The notes under the pieces: model-generated
What the model saw: only the letters and a program-made list of their open reading frames with translations
Database searches by the model: none
What the model was told of the DNA's origin: nothing
Translations under genes and position numbers: made by a program
NCBI RefSeq assembly: GCF_001194135.2
Contig: NC_068989.1
Coordinates: 59,327,047 to 59,377,736 of the forward strand
DNA from: Octopus bimaculoides
Lineage: Eukaryota
Reading direction: 5' to 3'
Length of the DNA stretch: 50,690 nucleotides
Part shown: in pieces, positions 26,104 to 39,500 of the stretch
Layout: each line of letters opens with the position of its first letter
Numbering within the stretch: the first letter of the stretch is position 1

Positions 26104-26485
26104 GTTGTTGGCAGTCTGTCGGTTATGACGTCGAGGGTTCCAGTTGATCCGATCAACGGAACAGCCTGCTCGTGAAATTAACATGCAAGTGGTTGAGCAC
26201 TCCACAGACACGTGTACCCTTAACGTAGTTCTCGGGGAGATTCAGCGTGACACAGTGTGACAAGGCTGACCCTTTGAATTACAGGCACCACAGAAACAGG
26301 AAGTAAGAGTGACAGAGAGTTGTGGTGAAAGAGTACAGCAGGGTTCACCACCATCCCCTGCCGGAGCTTCGTGGGGCTTTAGGTGTTTTCGCTCAATAAA
26401 CACTCACAACGCCCTGTCTGGGAATCGAAACCACGATCCTATGACCGCAAATCCGCTGCCCTAACCACTGGGCCATTGCGCCTCC
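26104..26485 (-). mobile_element. Family C SINE with 15-bp TSD
   Basis: TSD actggttgtggttta at 26089-26103 and 26486-26500. Confidence 0.95.
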
Positions 26486-27000
26486 ACTGGTTGTGGTTTA
26501 ATAATAATGATAATAGACATTGAATTTAGTTAACTTCAACATTGTTCCTCACTTGCATAAAATCCTCTTTTGTTTTTTTAGAAAATCTATGCTACCATAA
26601 GAAAACTATCAGAAACATTTTTGTTAAACAATTTGTGCTCTCTTACTTCAACCACCCATTGTTTGGAGTTCAAAAAACCCTTTATCCATTCACTCAGTTT
26701 AAAAGAAAAAATTTAAATCAATAACATACTTGAAATTCTGACTAAACTAACATCTTTGGAATGCCAAAGCACTGTAAAACAGACATTGTTTATTTGCAAA
26801 GTAAATGTACAACTTTGTCATTCTGTTATCCTCAGTTAACTAACATTCTGGTCATGCTGGGGCATCATTTAGTTTTGCACAAATAGATTGACTCCAGTTC
26901 TTATTTCATTATTTTGTATTTGACTGCTAATGTTAAAGGATATAAAGCTACACAACATAAACACCACCACCAGAAGTTAGAGCTATGTGAATGTAAACAT

Positions 27001-27381
27001 TTGTTGTTGTTGGCACTCCGTCAGTTACGACGTCGAGGGTCCCAGTTGATCTGATCAACGGAACAGCCTGCTCGTAAAATTGTGCAAGTGGCTGAGCACT
27101 CCACAGACACGTGTACCCTTAACGTAGTTCTCGGGGAGATTCAGCGTGACACAGTGTGACAAGGCTGACCCTTTGAATTACAGGCACAACAGAAACAGGA
27201 AGTAAGAGTGAGAGAAAGTTGTGGTGGAAGAGTACAGCAGGGTTCACCACCATCCCCTGCCGGAGCCTCGTGGAGTTTTAGGTGTTTTCGCTCAATAAAC
27301 ACAACGCCTGGTCTGGGAATCGAAACCGCGATCCTATGACCGTGAATCCGCTGCTCTAACCACTGGGCCATTGCGCCTCCA
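27001..27381 (-). mobile_element. Family C SINE
   Basis: Near-identical to 26104-26485; (GTT)n at the tail end. Confidence 0.92.
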
Positions 27382-27821
27382 CAATATTTAATACAAGCAG
27401 ATATGAAAACACACATACGCATATGCAGACACATTACAGACTTCTGTACCTTTTCCATCTACCAAATTCCACTTCAAAGATATTGGTTATCTCAGTAGCT
27501 ACAATAGAAAATATCTGAGATATAGACTAAATCACTCTCATGGTTTAACACCACGACCAGTTGACCTTTGAGCTTGTTTATCAGGGAGTCCACTCTGTTG
27601 CAAATATTTAGGCCAGTTCTCTGGTTTGAAGATAACTACTTTCTGCTCTTCACATTAATTATGGTGGTTTTGAAATAAATCAAAGGCACTGCTTTGGTTC
27701 TTCTAAATCGCTATGACAAAATGCATCAGTTTTCAAGATTTATATATGATCACATGTTTAAAACATTTTCCATAAGCGAAGGAGATCATAATTATTATTA
27801 TTTTGTGAAAATAGACAAGTC

Positions 27822-27967
27822 GGAAGTGGCTGTGTGGTAAGTAGCTTGCTTACCAACCACATGGTTCTAGGTTCAGTCCCACTGCGTGGCACCTTGGGCA
27901 AGTGTCTTCTACTATAGCCTCGGCCCGACCAAAGCTTTGTGAGTGGATTTGGTAGACTGAAAGAAGC

Positions 27968-28036
<69 letters not shown>

Positions 28037-28262
28037 GTATGTGTATGTTTGTGTGTCTGTGTTTGTCCCCCCAACATCGCTTGACAACCAATGGTGGTGT
28101 GTTTACGTCCCTGTAACTTAGCGGTTCAGCAAAAGAGATCGATCGAATAAGTACTAGGCTTCCAAAGAATAAGTCCTGGGGTCGATTTGCTTGATTAAAG
28201 GTAATGCTCCAGCATGGCCACAGTCAAATGACTGAAACAAGTAAAAGAGTAAAAAGAGTAAA
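27822..28262 (+). mobile_element. Family A (CORE-like) SINE with internal (TA)n
   Basis: Collinear with 1422-1807; (TA)n at ~27973-28029; tail (aaaagagt)n. Confidence 0.92.
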
Positions 28263-29256
28263 AGTCACTTGTATAATGATTGTCAGAAAACAATGGCATC
28301 AGAACTTGCACCATTGAGTCTGTGAAGGAAATAAAGTTTCACAAACTAAAGATATGAGACTAAAGTTAGATGCTATAAGCACACACATATCCTCATTGAA
28401 TTCTAAAGTAAAATGTTATGATTCTGACTATGTACTCCCTGATTTCCCTTACTAAGTACAATTAATGTAAGCACCCAGCAATCAGGTCAAACCATGTTTC
28501 AATTCCTTCTCAATGATATTTCATTGAATGGCAATGCTCTTGAAAAAGATATGACCCTCACACAATCATCTTATCCATCTTTAATTAACTCAGCCGTATT
28601 TTATTTTGAAAGTTAATCAAATATAAACTGAATATTTTTGTTATTATACATTTTATGTTTTTCTTTTCTACAAAAATAAAAATATTACAATTTTCAAAAT
28701 ATATTCTTGGAAATCATGAATTTATAAACAAAAGTGGAATTTTTATGTTTATGGATTTATTTTGAAATGTCACATTTGAAAGATAACGGAAATATTAAGA
28801 TTTAGAATTTCATTTAAATTTTGAAATATGTTGTGTCATCACTCAACAACCTGAATATGTGACCAAATATGTCTCAGTAGACAGCATTTCACTTTACTGA
28901 TACTGCTCACACTTAAAGGAAAGACGTGAATGTTATGACATCCCATTTTCTCTTTTCTCATAAATAAATGAAATTAAAATTTCATTTAATAACTAGAGTT
29001 AAAATCAATCATTCTTGAATATTAGAATTCTAGCGGGCAGGTTCTTAATTTTTGTTTTTGTAAAGGATGAACGAAAATGTTCACTGGATAAGACACTAAT
29101 CTACCACAGCTAGACTTTCCCAGAAAGCTTTTGAAGCTAGTTAAATTGAGAGAATGTTTAACCATATGAACTAAAGAAATGCCTGCAGTTGAACTTATGA
29201 CCCTTTGGTTGCTAATCCACTTTTTTTCCTTTAAATTATCATTATTAAATAGAAAT

Positions 29257-29472
29257 GAAAGGTGGTGAGCTAGCAGAATCGTTAGCATGCCAGGCAAAAT
29301 GCTTAACAACATTTCATCCATCTTAATGTTCTGAGTTCAAATTCCTCTGAGGTCGACTTTGCTTTCATCTTTTCAGGATCAATAAAATATGTACCAGTTG
29401 AACACTGAAGTTGATGCAATTGTCTTACCCACTTTCCACTAAAATTGCTGGCCTTGAGCCAAAATTTGAAAC
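29257..29472 (+). mobile_element. Family B SINE with 17-bp TSD
   Basis: TSD cattattaaatagaaat at 29240-29256 and 29473-29489. Confidence 0.93.
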
Positions 29473-30312
29473 CATTATTAAATAGAAATTATAAACTACT
29501 CTAATAAATAGATAGTCGTGTCTGTTTGACAATAGCTTATTTTATGCAACTATGATTCAAGTATTATCACAATAAAATATAAACCACCTTAATTTTCACT
29601 CTCTTCCTCTCTCTTTTTTTACTTTAAGCTGTCTGGTATCAAATTCACAAAACTTTGTGGAAAGCTTTCCAGTTGGGTGCACACTAACACCAGTCTCATT
29701 AGTAATGATTTCTTTCTTCAGTGATATATTCTCAGAGGAAAGGAAATAGAAAATGTGAAGTTGTTGATACTTCTCCTAAAGCACTAACCATATACCTATG
29801 TAAATCAAAGCCAGTAAGTACACTCAGATAGCTGTGAGTTTCTACATGGTCATGTAATTCACCCAGTACAGTAGCTACACACACACACACACACAGTCTC
29901 CAGAAACTTTTATTCAAGAAATACTGACCATGTTTCAATTTCTAAATCTAATAACTATAATAAATACAGGATTATCTTACCTAGCTCAATATACACCATT
30001 GTCATTATTTTGTATAACATTCTGCCTTGTTTAAGGGCAAAACAAGCCACTTGGTTTGGGGAGCTGAAGCCACAATCTTATGTTTGTACATCCAGCAGCT
30101 TAGCACAAGGTCATGTCCCTTCCCTATAATATATATATTTACACTCATACATTCACTCACTACATCAAAGTGGTTGTTCCATGTTACTAGTTTAACCCCA
30201 GGCAGATCTTCCACCAGCTGGTTATTGGTGCAGCACTGCACCCTGTATATATACATATATATTATATTGCTAGCAGGAGGAGTAAACCCCTACCATCCTC
30301 TAGCAGACAATA

Positions 30313-30365
30313 GGATCACAAGACTCGGTTTCAAGCTGGTTGGCTCATTTTCAGTTGTTAGTACG
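30313..30365 (-). ncRNA. Decayed hammerhead ribozyme motif, second copy
   Basis: Minus strand reads acaa-CTGAaaA-t-GAGC-caacca-GCTT-GAAAC-cga-GTC-ttgt; core G8 is mutated. Confidence 0.5.
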
Positions 30366-30992
30366 TGGTCGTCAGAGCGATAGCCAGGGTCTGCTCCAGT
30401 TGGCAATTTATTGTAAACAAAGCGATAATTGGTTACTAATTTCGAACAAGCAAAATAACTAGTTGTAAAATCTCAAGAGATCAGAGTCGTAACTATACTA
30501 ACAAGTAAAGTTAATCGCAACATCAAAGTGGTTGTTCCATATTACTATGCCAGCTGGTTATTGGAGCACACTGCACCCTGTATATACATATCTATTACTA
30601 GCTGGGGGAGCAAACCCCTACCACCCTCTAGCAGACAACAGGATCATGAGTCTGACTCAGTTTCAAGCTGGTTGAGTTAGTCTCATGATCCTGTTGTCTG
30701 TTAGAGGATGATAGAGGTTTGTACCCCTGCTAACAATATATATGTATATACAGCATGCAGCGCTGCACTGATAACTAGCTGGTGAAAGATCTGCCTAGGG
30801 TTAAACTAGTAGCAATGTGGAACAAGTTAATTGATGTGGTGATTAACTTGTTAGTATAGTTATTACTCTGATCTCTTTTTGAGATTATGCAACCAGCTAT
30901 TTTGCTTGTTGCAAGTCAGTGACTGATGGTCATTTTGTTTACAATATATTGCTGGCTGGAGCGGACCCTAACTATTGCTCTGGTGACCAGGT

Positions 30993-31044
30993 ACCAGTGA
31001 CTGATGAGGAGCCAACCACCTCAATACTGAGTCAGTCTCGTGGT
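30993..31044 (+). ncRNA. Decayed type I hammerhead ribozyme motif
   Basis: CTGATGA (31001-31007), G, GAGC-caacca-cCTC, aata in place of GAAA, CTG-agt-CAGT, C (GUC at 31035-31037), then tcgtggt pairing imperfectly with accagtga. Sister copies on the minus strand keep GAAA. Confidence 0.6.
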
Positions 31045-31284
31045 CTTGTTCTCTGCTAGAGGATGGTGAGAGTTCACTCCCCCTGCTAGCAATATATATA
31101 TATATATATATATATAAGCAAGCATATATCTATAATGGCTAATAAAACAAATGGTTTACACATGTTGAGTGTCCCACCCATGAGGAATTGATGTTAGATG
31201 TGTCAAAACAATTGTCATGATTAATAATGAATTCTTGTATATTCCGTCTTCTGTCTTTCATTTGCTATCTATCTATCTATCTAT

Positions 31285-31337
<53 letters not shown>

Positions 31338-31488
31338 AGAAAGTTGGTATGTGAAAGCACGTGGTTGGATGTATAAAAGATAATAAGAGTGAAAAAACTA
31401 CAGAAGGCTTGTGTTACATGGTTAAAGTATATATTTAAATTATGTCAGAAAAATGTAAGAAAAGTGTTATAAAAATGTTATAAAATCT

Positions 31489-31523
<35 letters not shown>

Positions 31524-31937
31524 CTTGTAGTAGAAACTTATTTCATCACATACATGGAAGAAGCTTGGCTCTCAAACAAATGCTACACAGCACAATAGTT
31601 CTATAGTTTTCTTAGATTTGTTTATCAGCCATGCGTATTGGTCAGTAAAGCCTTTGGTAATAGTGTTTAATAAAATGACATTATAGAACATATGAATATA
31701 AATACAAAATGTATGGAAAGATGTGAAGTTACATTTCCAAAGTATGTTATAAAATATTCTTCAATTATAGCATATTGAGAAAGAGACAGGGTTAGCTGAA
31801 GGGACATAGTTTTGACCAGATTTTCTCCTGTCAGGATTTGGGATTAGAATCCCTCGTTTTTGAGCAAGGCTAGACGTGTCTTCTCTATAGTAAAAAAATT
31901 CAAGAACAAAAAGACTATCATATATCTGGCTATTATT

Positions 31938-32152
31938 ATTTTATTGACAGAATCATTAAAACATTAGGAAAATGCTTTATAGTATTTGTTTCAGTTCTTT
32001 AACTCCTGAGTTCAAGCTCAACTGACATCAACTTTGCCTTTTATCTTTCTGGGATTAATAAAATAAAGTACCAGTCAAGTATTAGAGTTAATGGTATCAA
32101 CTAATCCCTTCCGTTCAGCACTGCTGGCCTTAAGCCTAAATCGGAAACCATT
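31938..32152 (+). mobile_element. Degenerate family B SINE
   Basis: gacagaatcattaaaac..aaagtaccagtc..ggccttaagcctaaatcggaaacc; possible TSD atatatctgg at 31920 and 32153. Confidence 0.75.
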
Positions 32153-32442
32153 ATATATCTGGTTCAATTCCTATTATAATCCTTTTATACTCTCTTCTTT
32201 GTTATGAATAATGATTTCTTGTATAGCTAGAGAGCCAATAATTGAGGCCCAAGGATGTAATTGACTTTATTAATACTTATTTAATTGATTTCAATGGCAT
32301 AAAAAGCAAAGAAGATCCAAGTGTATGAACTCAGTTAAGAGGATTGAAACTAAATCTATGCATTAGACAGGTTCTCTTACATCTCATTTGATCTACATTC
32401 ATAGTGCATTGTTGTACCATTCAAAACTTTTTATTCATTATA

Positions 32443-32735
32443 TCATCATCATCATCATCATCGTTTAACATCCGCTTTCCATGCTAGCATGGGTTGGACG
32501 ATTTGACTGAGGACTGGTGGAAACCGAAGGCTACACCAGGCTCCAATCTGATTTGGCAGAGTTTCTACAGCTGGATGCCCTTCCTAACGCCAACCACTCC
32601 GAGAGTGTAGTAGGTGCTTTTACGTGTCACCGGCACGAAGGCCAGTCAGGCGATACTGGCAACAGCCACGCTCAAAATGGCGTATTTTATGTACCACCAG
32701 CACAAGAGCCAGTCCAGGGGCACTGGCAACGATCA
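32443..32735 (-). mobile_element. RTE-related non-autonomous retroposon (family D) with (GAT)n tail
   Basis: Minus strand has ggttggcgttaggaagggcatccagctgtagaaac...cccatgctagcatggaaagcggatgttaaac(gat)n. Older relatives at ~39890, ~47508 and ~38050. Confidence 0.8.
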
Positions 32736-33562
32736 ATATAAAATATGCAAATTATATGTACAGCATTTAAAGCATATAAATTATGCATGAAATAGTTAAG
32801 ACAAATTATATATAAAAGAGAAAAGATATGAAATAGTTAAGGAATATAAAAGTTACTGTAAACAAAATCTGCACCATTTTGTCTTCAATGATAGTCAACT
32901 ACTTATGTATGGATTTTAAAATAAGAATAAGTATCTCCTAGCAAAATTTAATTATGCCTATATATTACTAGGTCTCTGATGTAATCCTATATGAAGTTAA
33001 TGTCATTTAAGCAAGTTTGTTAAAGGCAAACACTTGTTAAACAAACATGTTTGTAGACATAGTATAAAGATATATATTTTAACAGAAAACTATCTGTAGC
33101 TAAGATGTGTTGGCTTCAGCAATTTCTTAGATCTGACAGCACATAAATAAATAATGTTATAATTTAAATTAGGAAGCAAAGCAACTGAAATAACAGACAC
33201 TTATTTCAACTTTGCTATATTAACTTCACATTCAACCAGCCACCACCTGACCAAACTGAATACAAATGATTCATAATGCTAGTTTTAAACTACAATTCAA
33301 CCTAGTTTTAACTTTTCATATCATTGTTATTCCTGTTTAGTTTTTAAAATAGAATATTAATGTCTCTGCTTAGAAATATCAAAAGCAGGGGGTCTTTATT
33401 TTACCTATCATGTATTTGGTTGGTAAAAACTCAATGAAGGAATTAGTTTTTACACTGTAGTTGATGTTGTTAACCTACTTAGAAATTACCATTTCTTTTT
33501 TTTTTATATGTTAAATATTTTCATTAATGGAGATGTTTATTATTTGTTAATTGTAACTAAAA

Positions 33563-34010
33563 TGGCAACAAGCTGGCAGAATCATTAACTCACTAAAGCG
33601 GTGAGCTGACAGAAACGTTAGCACGCCGGGTGAAATGCTTTGCGGTATTTTGTCTGCCATTACGTTCTGAGTTCAAATTTTGCCGAGGTCAACTTTGCCT
33701 TTCATCCTTTTGGGGGTTGATAAATTAAGTACCAGTTACGCACTGGAGTCGATGTAATTGACTCAATCTCTTTGTCTGTCCTTGTTTGTCCCCTCTATGT
33801 TTAGCCCCTTGTGAGCAATAAAGAAATAAGAATCATTAACACACTAGATAAAATACTTAGTGGTATTTCATGTCTTTATGTTCTGAGTTCAAATTCTGCT
33901 GAAGTTGACATAACCTTTCATCAATGAAATAAGTATAAATAGAGCATTGGAATCAATGTAACTGACTAGACCCCTCCACTAAAATTTCAGACCTTGTGTC
34001 TATAGTAGAA
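33563..34010 (+). mobile_element. Young family B SINE (33596-33829) nested inside an older family B SINE
   Basis: TSD gaatcattaac(t/a)cacta at 33579-33595 and 33830-33846; the outer copy resumes after it. Confidence 0.9.
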
Positions 34011-34228
34011 AGGATTGTCAACTAATCAAGTGAGTATATAGGCTCATTCTGCCATTCCCTAATAGTCCCTTTTGTAATCTTGTACATGAAGCAGGGATAC
34101 ATATTTTTCCACAGAAGCCACTTTTGTTGCTAAATCTGTTACATTAAGCAATTAAGTGATGCTGATACAGTTTTTTACATGTTATAAAGTCTTAGAAACA
34201 ATTGTCCAAAATTGTTGATAGTATTACA

Positions 34229-34432
34229 AGGTTGAAACCGCCTCTGGCTCTGTAGTACAAATGTCTTGTTTCCATAAGTTCTGAATTAAAATCTTCCACC
34301 AAACCTTAGTCACAATTTATGTTCCTAACACTAGTTTAATGATAACGAAGTTATTTTTTCTAAATTCTTTGTTATATTTAAAATTAATTGAAAGAAACAC
34401 AGCATCACAAAATAGATACGGTAATGAAAGGG
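34229..34432. mobile_element. piggyBac-like MITE, one end truncated
   Basis: Homologous to 42332-42545; ends in ggtaatgaaaggg|ttaa. Confidence 0.8.
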
Positions 34433-36300
34433 TTAAAGTTTAAACCTCAGTAACATTATATTATTTACTTTCATTGTCATCCTTTAGGCTTCATGTATTT
34501 TTGGTAAATCAGGTTATTGAGGGCTAAATTAACTCTTGAATTAGTTAACCATTTTAGAATCGAGTCAACTTCACTAGATATTTACATTCTAATCCTTTCA
34601 GCTTGAGTTCATATATTACAGAGGTCTTTACAACTCTCTCACCACATAAAACTGGGTTCACTGTGTTAGTATAAGATGCCTTAACCTTCTCATCAACCCT
34701 TTCTAGCATTTATAAAAGTAACGTACCCACTATTTTTTTGTCATTTTACCAAACTACTAAAATCTTTTGTTTTTATACTTATAGTATCTTAATGTCTTTC
34801 TGTTACTGCCAATACTATGAACAATCATCTAGTGTCAGGAAAATTTAACTTTTCAATACCAGTAATATAATTATAATCCTCTTCCATGACTGACTGATTG
34901 CTAGAAACACCTGAGAATAAAGGTGTTGGTGATCAAAGGATAAATTAAAGAAAGCAATCAGTCCATAATTTAGAAGGTTCTGAAGATTTAGTTGTAGTGT
35001 AAACTATTAAAGAATCTACTTTAAACTTGATATGTCTTCATTGATAATGTTAAGCAATGCAACTAACATTTCGTTCTAACTAGTTTTGAACTAAAACAAT
35101 GGCAAATATAACGAGCTTTCTTGAGAAACACCTTAAAATCATCCCCACCATTATTTTAGAAACACATTTTCCCTGCTGCCATAGCTCAATTGAGTTTTTA
35201 GTGGCAAATTGCCACTTGTTTCAATAGTGAGGTGCAACATACATCCTCTCACATATTCCTTGGCTTTTCACTTCTACAAATACTCTCCACTCCTCATTCA
35301 TTTATTGTACAGATCCATGGTGATATGGTTGTCTTTTCTGTATGCAATACTTGACACTATGTGTGTGTTCTTTGGGCCAGCAGTACTTCTCTCACTCATT
35401 CTTTGTATAAAATCAACTGTTGTTAATTTTCATTACTATCATATATTATTCTAATGATCTCACTTTGGTACTTCCTGCATTAAATTTGTCTTGTCTGACT
35501 CCCAGATTCTACTGAATTAGAATTAAGACAAATATCTTGGGACTCCATTGAGAAATGCTGAAGGGAAATAAAACAATGCCAGTTTTGTCCTCTTTGAATT
35601 TACTTCTTCATCATATATATAATTTATTTTTGTTTTTGAAGGAAGTTGTGTCAGAAGAGACTATCTTAAGCAAAAAGAATGGACTCTCTTTATTTTACAC
35701 CTACACATTGGAAACTGAAAATAGATGTTCTTCAATTATCTACATGATATAAGCAAATCATTCTCAAAGACAAGCATGTCTGTTCTTAAAAGAAGAATTG
35801 CTATCATTTACACCACAAAACAATGTTAGTAAAACTTAACATTTGTGATATTTTTCCTGATTATTTTTTGTCTCTACAAACTTACACTGTAATATTACAG
35901 TGTATTCACCCAACTAATGGGTACAGTCTTCTAAAACATTAATGAAAAATCAATACTGGAAATTGATTTCTACCCGAAACAATTGTTTTTGTCCAGTATT
36001 TGTTCTCTAATATATCTCTCATTTCCTAATGGCATCTACTTTTTATTTTGTATTCAGACAAATGCTAAGGAGAAAGTGGAATACATTTGGAGAAAAGATA
36101 ATAACTCTATCTCAGTTGAACTTTATATTTAGTCATTACAGATAAAGCCATGCTGGAGCTCTACCAAACTGACTAGTTAATCCAGTTTGTGGTTACTTTT
36201 CTGAAATATCATCTCAAATATCCCTAGTATGCTCAAACATATTACACCTTCACAACCTGTAATTTAATATCCTATTCTTTGCAAGCCTAGAACTTATTCT

Positions 36301-36556
36301 ATCAGTCTCTTTTGCCGAACCGCTAAGTTACGGAGGATGTAAACACACCACCATCGGTTGTCAAGCGATGGTGGGGGGACAAACACAAACACACACATAT
36401 ATATATATATATACACATATGTATGACAGGCTTCTTTCAGTTTCCGTCTACCAAATCCACTCACAAGGCTTTGGTCAGCCCGAGGCTATAGTAGAAGACA
36501 CTTGCCCAAGGTGCCACGCAGTGGGACTGAACCCAGAACCATGTGGTTGGTAAGCA
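36301..36556 (-). mobile_element. Family A (CORE-like) SINE, partial
   Basis: cgaggctatagtagaagacacttgcccaaggtgccacgcagtgggactgaaccc is the reverse complement of the family A head. Confidence 0.9.
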
Positions 36557-39500
36557 TGTTGGTTGCCTGTTCATTTTTCTTACATTCATAGCACTGCAAA
36601 CTTCTGACCTACTTGTGCAGAATAAATTTTTTTCACAGCTGTGGATGAAAGTCATTGAAAAAGTTTTCTGACTTTTTATCTTTAACTTTGTGGCACAATG
36701 GAAATCTAACAGAAAATTACTGGTACACTTCACATGGAAAGTTACAATTGCTTTAAAGCTAAAAATATAAAAATGGGAAAAAAAACCTATTATTTACTTT
36801 GTTTTATTAGTCATATTTCTGTTTAACAAAATTATAACTCATTTATCAAGATACTCAAACATTATGAATTTTCTAAAGTGTTAAATTACATTCTTAATCT
36901 GGAGTGCACCTAGATATTCCTTACAGTGCATCATTGCAGCACAGTGTGCAATATGAAAAACTCATCGTTTAAAAGAAGTCTTAGAGCTGATAAGTCCTAT
37001 AAATTAAAATACAAATTTTCTATGATTCAATATGTGTCTATAACTGTCATTATTGTAATTAGATTTTTGATATGAAGAGCAGCTATATTCCAAACATTTC
37101 CATTTTCTTCATCAATTACTTCTTTCTGTCATGTCTGACCAATTGCATTCCACCATTGATAATACCATATCCTATTCTCTAGTTTCACTTTATTAGTTAT
37201 CAATAGAATCTTTAACTTCTTGTCTGCCCACACACCCATTTTTTGTATAAACTCCTGATGTTGTACTTTCCTAATTAAATAACACTAAAACTCAAACATT
37301 ATTCCTCTCTGTAATAGCAAATTTTCTGTTACCATCTTTACAACCTTTCTACACTCTAAATGTAATAGTTTCTTGTGACTTTTCCAGTGTAGTCATAGCT
37401 TTGACATAGCTACAATTATATTAGGACTATTGGATATTATTTTCAGATCCAACAAAAGTGACTGAACCATGATACAATGTTTCTCATGCAGTTGTTTCAC
37501 TATTTTAAAGTATTCTGCAAATAAAAGTATATGTATTTTTATGCAAATTTTAATTTGTAAATTATATTCATTTCTTTTTTTAAGCAGCTTTTCAAAATAT
37601 TAGTAATTTTTGTCTAAGTCTTAATTCTATTCACAAATTGTGTAACATCTGACAAAGACTGTAATCATTGACAACATCAACTTACAAAATACTTTCACTC
37701 ACAACAAATTTTTATTAAAGACCTAGTTAAAATGTCCAAGTCTACAACACCTAATTTCTTGCATATAACATTGCTAAACTAAATAAATACATCTTGACTC
37801 CTATCACTAACAACAGTAACAGCATAAATATTTTACAAAGCACATAGTATACCAATGTAAATCATAAACTAACAATCCTTTCAAGTTATATAAGTGACAT
37901 GCAATCATTTTAAAACTATCACAAGCAATATTCTCATTCATATTTCAAAGTAGAAGCAATGATGCATCTTTCCTTGTTACATTTGTCACTGATTTCATGT
38001 TATTTCATTTAATGCCTGCATGGTTTTGACAAATATGTTACTTGAGGCATCGTTTTACAGCAGGATGCCCTTTTCAATGCTAACCCTTCATTGATTTTCA
38101 AGTAAGGGATCTCTTATCCCACACAATTTCAAAGGTTAAAATAACAATAATTTTTTTGACACAAGAAACTAACAACACTGCTTACTTCACTTCCATGTAA
38201 ATGATTTCAAGTATATACAAGCACACACACACATATATTCACATATATATATACGGTCTTCTTTTAGTTTGTATCTACTAAATCACTTGCAAGCCTTTGA
38301 TGAACGTGAGATTGTAGTAGACAACGTTTACCCATGGTACCATCAAACCCAAAACCATGTGGTTGGGAAGTGACCTTAAACACACCACCATACCTGTTTA
38401 TTTTGGAAAATAAGAAAGTAAATAACCATGTAATTAATACATCTCAGAAAACTTAGAAATAATCTTCACAAACCACCCAAACCTAAAAGATAAACTTCCA
38501 ACACTAAAATATAAAACTTTATAAATATTCTAAGCTACAGATGAATATCAATAAATGAAAGAAGCTGTGAGCTGGGTTACTTCCAAGAAAGAGCAAATTT
38601 ATGAGAATGAATGTACATATTGAAGCATATATAATACAGTAAATGTTGACAGCACATGTAAAAATGGAAGATATATTCACAACTTATAAGCATAAGTATT
38701 ATCAACATTTAACATATCAGTTTTAAACTGCCAGAAGACTGAAACCAAAAAAAACAACTCTTTAAGAAATGAAATCATCCTAAAAATATAGCTTCTTTAA
38801 ATACTTTGGATTAGAAGTCCAACAGAAATCAAAGCATGTGTGTGTATCTCAAAGAAGATATTTTCTATTGATATACAAAATTGTTGAAAATCTACCTTAA
38901 CTTTCCTCACACACTGAAATATTCATTTTCTCAAAAGCATAGGATACCCTTGTTTATCAGAACTGTTTCCAAAAATGTCACTTGATGTTTATTCATTAAT
39001 TAGTTTTGTAAAGTTTGACTATCTGATTCCAGGTTTTAGAATGTATTATTGTAGATTAGCTCTTTAGCTAAGCCTTTTGTACTTCCTGACATTGTACCCT
39101 ACAGCTGAAAGCTTTCAACAATTAACAAAAGAAAATAAGGTGTTGCTAACATGTCTACATTATGAAAAGCTATTAATCCTGTCATGCTATAGTTAGATAT
39201 TTTATAATTCTGTAAGTGGTTGTAATTATCTCAAAATCATGCTTTCAGTGTGTATATCTCCATTAAACAGTCCAACTGTTTACACATTTCTTGTCAGTCA
39301 ATCAACTTTCAGTCACAATCTAGGTGTCTGGTGTATGTTTCTAGGAGGCATGAAACTATTGTTTGAATCTGATGGGTTTTTTTTTTTTATACTACAAAGG
39401 AATTTTCACTACCAATCAATTTTTACATTGCATGATGCTGAAATGTGGTGTCAAATGTAATGGCTAAAATCTACTGGAAATTATCACTACTGATTAGCCT

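Larger units (their letters stand above)
30162..31115. repeat. ~358-bp tandem unit rearranged into a long inverted repeat (retrozyme or Penelope pLTR-like)
   Basis: acatcaaagtggttgttccat starts at 30162 and 30520. ~30255-30659 is the approximate reverse complement of 30673-~31100, with a 13-nt spacer. Confidence 0.9.
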
